This document shows positions 50,248 to 62,577 of a DNA stretch of 64,000 nt, piece after piece. Below the pieces are notes generated by a model. It did not search any database. It was not told the DNA's origin and saw only the letters and a list, made by a program, of their open reading frames with translations. The position numbers and the translations under genes are program-made. Positions within the stretch are counted from its first letter, which is position 1. Every line of letters begins with the position of its first letter. The DNA is from Octopus vulgaris (lineage: Eukaryota): assembly GCA_951406725.2 (NCBI GenBank), contig OX597834.1:23002001-23066000 (forward strand). Reading direction: 5' to 3'.

Positions 50248-50390
50248 GTCGGACATATCGAATACTAACCCACATGCTTATATACTACTAATACAGCCTA
50301 CACCTATTATCTATATGCATGCGTGTGTGTGTGTGTTTGGTAGAACTCAATACATGAATATATTTGTATATAGACGTTTACACAAATATA

Positions 50391-50661
50391 TCAGCATCCT
50401 TTCGATATAACTCGGCAAAATCAAAACTTCTGGTATTTCCGCGGAAGCAAATGACAGTTCGATTCTGTTTTCTGCTTGGAAATTTGCAGAATTTACATAC
50501 ACACATGAAACAGGTAAGAACAAATATGCAAGTCTTTTTTTCCTTCCAGTTTAAAATGAGACATTGCTGGCATAATTTCGTTATATCTATACTCCACAAC
50601 CCATTGAAATACCCAAAGTGAAATGTTTTGATTTTGTCGAGTTATATCGAAAGAATGCCAA
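50391..50661. mobile_element. MITE with ~38-bp TIRs in TA context
   Basis: GCATCCTTTCGATATAACTCGGCAAAATCAAAAC ... GTTTTGATTTTGTCGAGTTATATCGAAAGAATGC. Confidence 0.8.
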
Positions 50662-51948
50662 TATATCTGTTGTTCAATTGTGTTTTTAATGTTTCAATAT
50701 TTTTAATCACTGGTTTTAGATTCTGTGATGGAGTGGAGAATTAATATTGATCTTTGACTAGCAACATCAAAACCACTTAAAATTAGCGATGTTGGACAAA
50801 AGTTCGTCAAGTTTATAAGTCTAGAAATAAACATAAATTGTGATTATACAATGCATTGAAGTGACCTTAAGAAATACTTTCTCTGAGTTGATCTTCACAT
50901 AAGAGGGAATAACGATAATTGAAATGGTGAGTGGAAAGAAAAACAGTGAAACACAGACACTCAAACACGCACATACACATATATATATACATATATACGA
51001 CGGGCTTTTTTCAGTTTCCATCTGCCAAATCCACTCACCTCCCGAATTTTTTTGTTGTTAATCTTATGAGGCGTGGGCATGGCTATGTGGTCAAGAGGCT
51101 CACTTTGTAACCACGTGGTTTCAGGTTTGGTTCCACTACTTGGAATCTTAGGCAAGTGTCTTGTAATACAACTCTAGGGTGACCAATAGAACTCAAAATA
51201 TGAGTATATATTTTTATTAATATTTAGCAGAAGCAATAGAGTAACCCAAGGTCCAAGGGTTTCCTGCATTGGCACATATATATAGTTGTGTCTGTTTGTT
51301 CCCCACTTGACAATGGTGTCGGTGTATTTACATCTCCATAACTTAGTGGTTTGACAAAGGAGATGGATAGAATAAGTACCGTGCTTAACAGAAGATAAGT
51401 ATTGGGATGAATTAATTTGACTAAAAGATTCTCTAGCATGGCCGCAGTGTAATGGTTGAAACAAAAGATAGAAAAAGAAGATAAAAAATATCAACATTGC
51501 TGATATAACTTAGCATGGTGATATTTTTCAGGCTGGTATGCGTTAGACGGATTGACCGGAACCAGTAAGCCTGAGAACTGTACCGGGTTCCAGTCTCAGT
51601 TTACTTGGTTTCTATGGCTTGATGCCAACTACTTCACAAAAGTATACTGGGTGCTTTTATGTGTCATCATCATCATTGTTTAACATCTGCTTCCATGCTG
51701 GCATGGGTTGGACAGTTTAACACGGCGCTGGCTATCAGGGAGCTGTCCAGATTCCAGCTGTCTTTTCTAGCATGGTTTCTACAGCCGGATGCCCTTCCTA
51801 ATGCCAACCACTTTACAGAGTGTGCTGGGTGGTTTTTATGTGCCCCAAGCACAGGTGCTTGATTGTATGGTAAGAAGTTTGCTTCTCAACCACATGGTTC
51901 TGAATTCAGTCCCACTGCATGACACCTTGGGCAAGTGTCTTCTACTTA

Positions 51949-52457
51949 CGAGGGACGTTCAATAAGTAATGCCCCTGACCCACTTGCAGTTGTTTGATCT
52001 AGCTGAAACTTTGCATGTGCAATTATTTATATCTCTATAGATTAAGTGGCAAATTACAGCTCTGAACTAATTGTGGTTTCTGATTTACAGGTGTTTGAAC
52101 TGAGTCAAGTGTGAAATGGAGCCTGTTGAGTGTCGAGCAGTGATCCGATTTTTGTATTTGCAAGGACGTACAGCAACAGAGACTTTTGATGAAATGAAAG
52201 TAACTTATGGTGATGATGCCCCATCATATGAGCTTGTAAAACGCTGGCATCGTGAATTCAAACGTGGTCGGAACTCTGTGAAAACAGCTCCCAGATCTGG
52301 TCGCCCCCCTTCTGCCATTGATGAGGCATCTGTCCGTCAAGTTGAGGCTGCCATTTTGGAAGATCGACACATAAGTATACGCCAAATAGCCCATGAGGTC
52401 AAGATTAGCACCGGGTCTGTGGAAACTATCATTCATGACCATTTGCATATGCAAAAG
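51949..52457 (+). mobile_element. 3'-truncated mariner element (left TIR plus HTH part of transposase)
   Basis: TA-CGAGGGACGTTCAATAAGT TIR; ORF 52116 RAVIRFLYLQG...VKRWHREFKRG...RSGRP; catalytic domain missing. Confidence 0.85.
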
Positions 52458-54483
52458 GAGCCTGACGGATGGACTAAACTGGATACTGCTAGCAATTAAA
52501 CCCAGAACCCCAGTATTTCTATTAAATTGTTGGATTATAAATGACCAGCATCAATTAATAAATATTAATTACTAACATTGGCTCAAGGCCACACATTTTG
52601 GGGAAGTTCTGGATGGATTCAATCTACAACAAACAAAGTAGTACGAAAGATAAAGACCAATGTAGTGGGATTTGAACTGAGAACATAAATGGATGTAACT
52701 TAATACCAAATATGCTATCCACCACCCATAAATGGTAGAGAGCAGTGTTAATGTAGCTTCTTTGGTAACAAAACAAGACTTTGGTCTTGTTGATCGAAAT
52801 ATACCAGTAATACTTTCCAGATGTCAGGAACACAAACAATTTATAATTAATGGACATAAGGACAAAACCTTCATTGCTAATTTACTTGTGTAGATGTAAC
52901 ATTCTCAGTAAATTCTTACTACTCAATACAAGACATTGCAGTCACATCTGGATGAATGACTACTGTTATGTTAGATATGACGACAGTCTCAGTGATAGAC
53001 CAGTTGGTGTTATAAAGTCTCCCTTCCATATTCTTCAAACTTAATGGCAGCTCTGTTCTCCTTCACTTAAGAATAGTGTTTGAGTTTGTAATGAAGTTTC
53101 ACTCTGGTCATGTTGTTCTAAATATACCGCTAATACTTTCCAGACGTCAGAAACACAAACAATTTATAATTAATGGACATAAGGACAACAACTTCACTAT
53201 GAATTTACTTGTGTAGATGTAATCTTCTCTGTAAATTCTTACTATTCAATACAAGACATCTGGATGAATGACTCTACCATATTGTTATGTTAGATATGAA
53301 GACAGTCTCAGTGATAAACCAGTTGGTGTTATAAGGTCTCTCTTCCATATTCCTCTAATGTCATCAATCTCTGCCACTCAGTAACTCCTCTTGGAGACAT
53401 CCACCCTGATGTAGATATATGTACAGTCGTGTTGCTTTCATATAATTATATATTGTTGTGTAACACATTTCATTTAAAGGGGGACTATTTCATTGCTTTC
53501 TGGTGTAGTAGTATTTTATTGACAGCCTGTATAGAATAAGGAAACAAGAACTGATATAATGATAGTTTCCCTGTTTACAGAGTGAGACGTCATGATAAGA
53601 CTATTTATTAAGGGACACATTTGGTTGTTGAGGAAAGTTTCTTTTTTTTTCTTTTTGATATTATTTGAATACAGTCAAAAGTTTAACCATTTACTTATCA
53701 TATTTCTGTTGCAAAACACTGCTTGTCTTTAAATCAATTTTGAAAATTATGAAAAATTTACTAAAAATAACTTTATCATTACTAAGTTAGTGTCTGGAAC
53801 ATAAATTAACTTGAAATTTTGATGTAAAATTTTAATTTAGATCACTTTTACCTTTTATCTTACCATATTTCTGTTAGAATGCACTACTGTTGTTTCAGTT
53901 AATTTTGAAAATAACGAGGAAGTTATTAAAATAAGAAGTGTGTGAATAAATTGGGGACTGCTCTTCTTTCAACCATGTTGCATTAAACACTTGCCTATGT
54001 TTCTATTTTATTTAGTATGTGTCACATCTTCCCCTTTAGTCCTTCCTGTTTACTTTCGAACAGTATCATTCCTGAGTCCATTAACATTAAAACCTTAGCC
54101 TCATCATCTGAATGAAATGATGGTAATTCTGACAAGTTCATGCAGTTTGCAGCAGCCTACAAAAGATCACAAAATAATTTTATTATTAATATCAATGCTG
54201 CATTTAAAATCATTCAATGGTAGATTTCATGGTTTATTTCACATGTGGTGTCTTGGTTTGTTAAAGTTCCATCATTAATCTTCTTGTTTTTGATGTAATT
54301 CTGTATAAATATTGTTGTGTTGTTGTTGACTAAGGTTTTCTCTCGAATTTTATTTTATGTACTGAATATGAGGAATTATGATGGTTTTGTGTTTTGAATT
54401 CAAAAAGTGACATAATTAAATGTCTTGTAGAAAAGTTTGAGACTTGAAGGCAATAACTTTGCGATTTTTGTTACTGGTGACAG

Positions 54484-55450
54484 GCAAAGCGTTGTAACTA
54501 GTCACAAACGTATTCATACAGGAGAGAAATCATATGATTGTGATATCTGTGGTAAATCATTCTCACATTCCTCTACCTTAACTACACACAGACGTCTTCA
54601 TACTGGAGAGAGGCCATATCGTTGTGATATCTGTGGGAAAACATTCGTCCATGGTTCAGAAGTAAATGTTCACAAGCGTGTTCATACAGGAGAAAAACCA
54701 TATCATTGTGATATCTGTGGTAGATCATTCTCCGTACTTAGTGCTGTTAATACACATAAACGCATTCACACAGGGAAGAAAGCATCTCAATGTGATATCT
54801 GTGGTAAATCATTCTCATGTACAGGTTATTTATCTTCACACAAGCGTATCCATACGGGAGGGAAACCATATTGTTGTGATTTCTGTGGTAAATCATTCAC
54901 TACAAGTTGTAATTTAATTAAACACAAACGTATGCATACAGGAGAGAAGCCATATCATTGTAACATCTGTGGTAAATCATTTCCTGGTGATGATAACTTA
55001 ATTCAACATAAGCGTGTTCATACAGGGGAGAAGCCACATCAGTGTGATGTCTGTGATAAATCTTTCACAGGAATTGGCCATTTAATTAAGCACAAGCGTA
55101 TTCATACAGGCGAGAAGCCTTATTCCTGTGATATTTGTGGAAAATCATTCCCTCAGAAGGGTACTTTAACCAGACACAAACGCGTTCATACGGGAGAGAA
55201 ACCACATAGCTGTAGTATCTGTGGTCGGTCATTTGCACATCGCAGTACTCTGACTACTCACAAATTTACTCATACTGGAGAAAAGCCATATCACTGTGAC
55301 ATCTGTGGTAAATCATTCTGTTCAAGTGGTGAGTTACTACTCACAAACGTATTCATACAGGGGAAAAGCCACACCGCTGTGATATCTGGTAAAGCATTCA
55401 CTCAAAAATGTAACTTAACTAAGCACATGCATGTTCATATAGAACAATAA
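54484..55450 (+). pseudogene. 5'-truncated C2H2 zinc-finger unit H (9 intact fingers; probable pseudogene)
   Basis: Starts mid-finger (VVTSHKRIH); lacks the family leader, start ATG and family acceptor; compensating frameshifts near the 3' end. Confidence 0.7.
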
Positions 55451-56899
55451 TTGTACCCAGAACGTAAAGATAGATGACTTGTTTTATTACTTGTTTTATT
55501 AATTTAGAAAATGGTGTGGTTAATTTAATGACAAAAATTAAATTGTCTACATAATTGCCCTGTATTTCGCACAACACTCAAAATTCAGTTTAACTAAAAA
55601 TATCTGATATAAATATATATGTAAGTCTCACAGATAAGAAGATATCACAGTCTGATAACATCCTCTTAACAATATATTTTTTATATAGACACATCTATAT
55701 CCACTATGATATAGTAATGCAGCACAGTGAGATTTTTAAATAAAACTGTACTTTTAGAACATGCATATAAATTGAATTTAACAAATTTATAGAAGGAAGA
55801 AAACTGATTTCTTTGACATAATTGAGAAATCTTTTCTCATAAATCATGTTCTAAAATCACTGTACAGCCATATTAGAAAAAAAAATGGGCAAGAAAATAT
55901 TTAATCATACCATACATGTGTATGATATATATATACACACACATATATATCTATATATATGCATGTGAGAAGGCATGTAGCCAAGTGGTTAGTGTAGCTT
56001 GTGTTCTGGTGCAAAGCACTTATTCTATGTTACCAGTCCACTCGGTAAAAGTAAGAGTAACTGTGTGATAGACAAATGTTCTGTTCAGAAGGAATGTTAT
56101 CCTGTGTGCCTAGCCAGCCTGATGGCATCGTTCAAAAGTTACAACCTGAGGGAGCACATAATGACCATCTGAATCCAGTAGTTTGGTCAATACAATGATA
56201 TACATATATCACTGGATAGAATGATTTTTTTTTTGTTAATCTTACCTATTGTGGAACAATAAACTGCCATCATCATTCATTTTCTATGCTGGCATGATCT
56301 GGATGATTTTACTGCACCAAGTTCCATTCTTCTGGCATTGTTTCTACAGCTGGATGCCCTTCCGTATGTTTGCCATTTTACAGAGTATACTGGGTGCTTT
56401 TTATGTATTAGTCTCAATTGAAATGGTGGATGGGTCTTGTTGAGTACACCTATATATTGTGGATTTTGCATTGTTTCATCTGTCTATTGTATATTCTCAT
56501 AGAAATTATTTTCCTCTTTGCACATTATTATGGACACTCATTTAAGGGAATAAATCCCTAAAACTTAATAAAAGCCATGATGTTCAGAACTGTAAGGCTA
56601 AAATTCTTTCTATTATTTGACAAATCAGTGAATAAATTCTGTTCTAATATTCCATTAATGCTCTCTTGTGCATTGCATGAATAAAAGTGTTGTGTTATTT
56701 TTTTATAGCCTCATTATAACAAAGTTCCAGTGATAATGACTTTTTATAAAACAAAGTTGATGGAGACAATGTGAAACCAACTCTGATATTTTGCACACAT
56801 CAGTAATTATTATTAGATATTTTGCCAACACTTGCAGGTGATGGTACTACCAGGTGCTAGCAAGTTTATGGGGTCACCAGGAGAGACTGCACTTGCTTG

Positions 56900-57380
56900 A
56901 TCAACTGGTTAATAGGTTTTGCTCAATATTCATCTAGCCATTGCACATTGTCTCTTTTTAACCAAATCCAATAGCTTGCCTTCTCCACTGTAGTCTGGAT
57001 ATCACTCTTGTGGTATTTGCTTTATGATGAGTTAGGCCTCGCAACAACAAATTGCCTCACATCCATGTCCAACGAATCCTCTACATCCAACCTCGATTTG
57101 AAAATGCCCTGCTTTCCTGCCTGCATCTTCGCATTCCTCAAGAAGGTTTTCATAACGGTCAATTTTTCAAGCCCAAGCGATGTCCATGTTCCATTTTTAA
57201 GAAAATTCACTACTAGTAACATCTGAAGTTTTCTTTGAACATTCAGTTTACTTGGAAAGAGACTGCATTTAAGAAGAGTGGGAATTAATGCATGCAAGAT
57301 TTTCTAATGCTACCATCACTTCTTCATATTCAGCCTGTGAACTTGATAACCCACCATCATAATCACAAATTCTTTTGGGT
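56900..57380 (-). mobile_element. HERO/NeSL-like RLE non-LTR retrotransposon 3' fragment
   Basis: Alternate frame reads KIDRYENLLEECEDAGRKAGHFQIEVGCRGF, a restriction-like endonuclease tail motif. Confidence 0.65.
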
Positions 57381-57479
57381 AGGCAGCAGTGATGAAGTGT
57401 AAGTATACTGTTGTCAGAAAAATGGATAAATAAAATAAGTCAGTTTGTGATGGGATTGTTAAGCTGAGAGTGTTCCTAG

Positions 57480-58810
57480 ACAAATCAAGTTAACAGTTAA
57501 CTCTGCCTCAGCTCCACATTCTGGGCTGGCTGATGATTAGAAGGACCAATTCTATGAAGTCCTCTTGTAGAATACCTCAATGGCAAATAACTGATATTTT
57601 TATCGTGTCTGGTACCTGCAATGGACATGTTGAGCAGTAAGCCAATGGATTTTATATTGTGCACAGAGGTTATGACTTCAGTTCCAGAAATGAGTCTGGA
57701 GCAAAGCCATTAGAGTTCTGTAATGCAAATGACCGAGTGATCTGCAACACTAACTCCAGGAAACCAGCCAACCACCTGATCACCTACTTATCTGAATGAA
57801 CTCAAGAGAGATTGACCACATCTTCATCAGAAACGAGATAGGTTGATGCTTGAAAACGAAACGTCTTGTTAAGGTGAAGAATGTAATATCCAACATAGGT
57901 TAGTAACTTCAAATTTTCAGCTAGGGCACAGAGATGCAAACCAGTCTGGTAAAGGATGATATGGAAACTCAAAAGATTCAGCAAACAAATTTAGAGGCAT
58001 TCTAAATGAAGCTACTGATGAAAAGCAGGTGAAGATAGAAATGTATAACATACAAGACAATATAGGATAACCTGCTGAGAAATACAGACCAAACCTGTGA
58101 CTGGTGCGAATATATACTAGGTTGATAGAAGAGAAAAGGGAGAAACAGAAAGGAGATTTGACAATGATCTACAGCACAAGAATCAGAAACAAGGTATTCC
58201 AGGTAGCAAAAGGGAAGATGTAGGTGAGATGTGTGGATAAATGATGTTATGCTTGCACCTAGTCTTCTGGAAAAAGAGGTGTAGAAGCGCTATCATGAAA
58301 GGCTATTGACCCTTTTGATACCAAACTGCCTCTCGCTTAATAGTACAAATGTTTTGTTTTCAAAAGTCCTGAATTAAAATCTTCCACCAAACCTTAGTCG
58401 CAAATTATGTTCCTAACATTAGCTTAATGATAAACTAAATTATTTTACTAAATTTTGAGTTATATTTAAAATTAATTGAAAGAAGCACTGAGCATCTCAA
58501 CAGAAATATTGTAACAAATGGGTTGACTGCAGAGAATGAATTGGAAAAATTGGGTTTTTGCCAATGTGGACCCAACAGAGGGGCCAGATATCCAAGTTGA
58601 CAGCAATGTTATAGATAAGGTAATTAAGGATATGAAAACAGGTAAATCCCCAAGTCCAACAGGACTTAACACTGGGATGCTTAAAATATCTAGTGGAGTA
58701 GGTTACAGCCTGGTCATCCATGTTAATCAAATTGTACAGGGAGGTGCATAGCTGATGACTGGTGTAGCAGCATTGTAGTCAACTGTAACTAGGGTAAAAG
58801 AGATGCCTTA
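57480..58810 (+). mobile_element. Heavily decayed RTE LINE interrupted by a MITE
   Basis: NANDRVICNTNSRKPANHLITY; NVDPTEGPDIQVD...MKTGKSPSPTG. Confidence 0.75.
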
Positions 58811-58927
58811 AACCAGAGGTTCTCAGCTAGGGTTCATATAAATTTGTTGTTAAAATTTATATGTAATAAATTAGGTACTCTTCTACAAATCACAAAATAT
58901 TTTATCTATTTTCCAATATAATTCCTA

Positions 58928-59668
58928 GTATGATGCTCCCCCATTACTTCTGCTTGTGATCAGAGATGCATACATCATCAGCCACTAAGGGACATGCTCA
59001 ACTGATTAAGCTCAAGCAGAGTAGAATATTTGCTATAGCCCATCTTTTATACCAAAACAAAATAATGTACATGATATCACTTCCAATCTGTTAAGATCAA
59101 AAGCCATGAGAGCCACTGCCTAGTACTGTATCAGGGCATTTATTATTATTATTATTGAGTGAGAAAGCAGTGCTGCCTTCAAAGTGACACTGGGGTAAAA
59201 TATACAAAGCTGAGTATACCTATCTGATGAGGATACACCAGAAACATGCATCACACCATATGTGCATGACATGATCTCACATCAAGATAAACAGTGCATG
59301 ACCTTGCATATGGGGCCCAGTTACAATTTTCTTCAGGTTGAGTAGCCCATCCCCATCAAAAGGTCCCTGAATAAGGGTTGTTTAAGGATGCTAAATGAAA
59401 CACCCATGTTTCTAGAGGTGAATTATTCAAGCCCCAAAGAATTCCTTTGAACACATGGGTATGATGCTTCCCCCACTACTTCTGCTTGTGATCAGAGATG
59501 CACATATCATCAGCCACTAAGGACATGATCAACTGGTTACAGTCAAGCAACTAACAAGTGAATCTGTGATATTGGGCAGAATATTTGCTATAGCCCATCT
59601 TTTATCAGTTAAGATCAGGAGTCATGAAAGCCACTACCTGATACTGCATCAGGGCATTATTATTATTA
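58928..59668. repeat. Repeat with ~200-bp direct repeats (58928-59157 and 59460-59668)
   Basis: TATGATGCT(C/T)CCCC..ACTTCTGCTTGTGATCAGAGATGCA...ATCAGGGCATT(ATT)n present twice. Confidence 0.75.
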
Positions 59669-59924
59669 GTCAACAAGTTAACCAAATAACTAATCGCTTG
59701 TTTTATTAATCATTTGGTCAATCAATCAGCTAGGTTTTTGAGAGTCCTTGTAGTTGCCATCCATCACTTCAACATGTCCTTTTTTGACCCACCCAAGAAA
59801 CAATAAAATCTGTTTTCACAAACCAAATATAAAAATGAACTTTTGTTTACTTTTCAAAATAAAGTAATTTTTAAAAAAATTACAATGCAGTTGAGAAATA
59901 AAAACCATATTTTTATACTAACCC

Positions 59925-60720
59925 TTTTCTACTATATGTGCAGGGACTAAAATTTTGAGGGAGGGACTCGTCGTCGACTATGTCGATCCTAGTGTTCAAG
60001 TGGTACTTATTTCATCGATCACAGTAGGATGAAAGGTGAGATCGACCTCAGAGACATCTGAACTCAGAATGTAGTCAGAAAAAAATACCGCTTAGCATTT
60101 TGTCCGGCGTGCTAACTATTCTGTCAGCTCGTCGTCTTAATAAGGCTTTCTATTATAGGCCCAAGACCAGAAATTTGAGGAAAGGGGCTAGTCAATTACA
60201 TCGACCTAGTTCTTGGCTGGTACTTTATTTTCTCGATCACTGAGGGATGAGAGTCAAGGTTGATCGCATAGGAATTTTAACTCTGAACGTAATGTCAGAA
60301 GAAATGCTGTGCCATTGCGATTTCTTCTTGATCACCAACTTAGCCGCTTTAATAATAATAATATCCTTTCTCCTAAAGGCACAAGGCCTGAAATTTGTTG
60401 GAAGTGAACTAGTCAATTACATCGACCCCAGTGTTTCACTGGTACTTATTTTATCAACCCCGAAAGGAGGAAAGGCAAAGTTGACCCAGGCAGAATCTTA
60501 ATAATATCATCTCCAGCAGTAAGGTGGTTACCACTCCGAGGAAAAAAATGCTTGGCGACATTTCATATTTACGTTCTGGGTTTAAATGCCACCAGCATTG
60601 ACTTTGCCTTTCATCCTTTCAAGGTCGATAAAATAAGAACCAGTTGAGCCCTGGGGTTGATGTAATCAACGAACCCCTTTTCCCCGAACATGCTGGCCCT
60701 GTGCCAAATTTTGAGACCAG
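59925..60720. mobile_element. Cluster of 4 SINE copies (three minus, one plus)
   Basis: Repeated TACATCGACC...GGTACTTATTT...GAAAGG...GAACTCAGAA units. Confidence 0.7.
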
Positions 60721-60732
60721 TGTAAGAATTAA

Positions 60733-61102
60733 CACTTCCTTCTCTAAGCCTAGATTCGAAACAGTAGTCTGTCGGCACTTCCAACATTTCTCTCTGTCTC
60801 TGTCGTCTGCCAAAAACTTGGCTCGTAGATAGATCTATCTCGTCTGTCTTGTTTCGTCTGGTTTTATAATATTTGTGGCATCTAGAAAGACAGACATACT
60901 GCAGCAGAGTTTGTACCTAAATAGGTCAGCGCTTGTCCAGTTGAACTTCGCCTGATGTGGTGAGGTCGCTGGTCAAAGGGAGATCATCAATCAATTTTCG
61001 ACAGGACAGAGAAAACCTTTTTTCGCGGCTGTTGATCGTCGTGGTTTGGACGACCGAGAATTCTTGGATTCGGTTCTGAATCTAGGCTTTGAGCAGGAAG
61101 TG
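60733..61102. mobile_element. piggyBac-type MITE, ~30-bp TIRs, TTAA target duplication
   Basis: TTAA-CACTTCCTTCTCTAAGCCTAGATTC ... GAATCTAGGCTTTGAGCAGGAAGTG-TTAA. Confidence 0.8.
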
Positions 61103-61689
61103 TTAATTTTTACACCAATATTAACTTCAATATTAATTAAAATTTTTAATTTTTATTTATTCGTTTCCATCATTTTTATACTTTCCCCGGATCTTGAAAT
61201 TACAATTCCGTTTTCATTCTGGTTTACAATTATGTTTTCTTTTGTCACATTCTACCAGTATACGAAGTTTCAAATTGTTTGGTTCAGTAGGAAAAATTTG
61301 AAAGAACAGGCTTTGAAAGTGAAAAGATCCAAAGGTTTCGAAATATACCTTTTAAAACTTTTTCATGTAATATCAGGACGGTGTAATTTAGTTTTGGGAA
61401 CTAGTTTAACTACTGGACCTACTCTTTAATGACACCGCTTCAGTTTCATTATTGACACATTTATTCGGATCAGGGTTTCACCCAGACGTATTATTGTTGT
61501 CGCGATTGTGGGGGGTTAAGGTGCAGTTTACTATAATATTTCACATTTAAAATCATTTTAAAGTTAATACTTGAATAAGAGACAACCACTAAAAAAAAAA
61601 AACTGTGCAGATACATCTCTCACCCCTTAATTCACTATTTCTTTTATAAATCGTTCACTGTACCCCAGCAGTGTTGGCCAAATATTGGT

Positions 61690-62060
61690 ATAAACGAAGG
61701 TTTGTTGAAGCTGTCATTGTCCTGTCTGAGTTGTGACTACTTGAATCTATCACGACATCTTCGTCATTGGCTCTATATTAACATGTAAGTATTCTAGAGA
61801 GAAACAACATCTACATTGTATAGGTCGTTTCTTCTTTCTACTACATCCTTTTGTTTTGATGTGTTCAAAGATAAAAGAAGGAAAGTGAAGAAGAAATTTT
61901 CCTAAAGTAACGATGCTGTCTTAATTCCTATTCCGTAGTCTGTTAGTTGAAAACTTGCTTTAACTGACATTACCTATGGTTGTCTTCATATCTTCCCCGT
62001 TTTCCTTTCCACATTCCATTTCAGTTATCTTTATTCCCTCATATCTTAATATCAACACAC
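61690..62060 (+). promoter_or_regulatory. ZNF-I putative non-coding exon 1 module
   Basis: CGACATCTTCGTCATTGGCTCTATATTAACAT|GTAAGT, donor at 61785; acceptor AG 62247-62248. Confidence 0.65.
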
Positions 62061-62577
62061 GGAAAAAATTTGAAAAAATACTGCCGAGATGATTTACCTT
62101 CTCTGTTACCTTTATGTATAAGTCTTGAAACGGGAGAAGATCGTTTGTCAAATAAAGTTTTATCAATATAGAAGAAATGTAGTAAAGTGTCAGTTGAATG
62201 CCTACTTTTTAAGTATCCTCTATATTTTCTATTTCTTTATTATTTCAGATTATCAAATTACATTGGCATAAAAGAATTATTTACTCCAGACCCGTCAATA
62301 TTTATCACTTTTTAATGACTAAAAGGAAATGCCATACAGAACAAATATAAACTTTGTTTATATAAATCTGTGGTAGAATCACCATGAAATATTTGCTGTG
62401 AACTGAAACTGATTGCAGAATAGCGTTACTTCATTGTCAGAAATACATACAAAATGAATTTATTGTCTAATTAAACTCAGATTCCTAGTAAATTTACAGC
62501 ATCTTCAGATATTGACAGAAAATCACAATTGAAGGAAATACAGTGGAAGGAATATTCGTGGTGAGACATGAAAAATT

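Noticed and set aside
59221-59260. CTGATGA...GAAAC hammerhead-like motif
   Set aside because: Stem II is about 2 bp, there is no NUH with a matching stem I, and no Penelope context.
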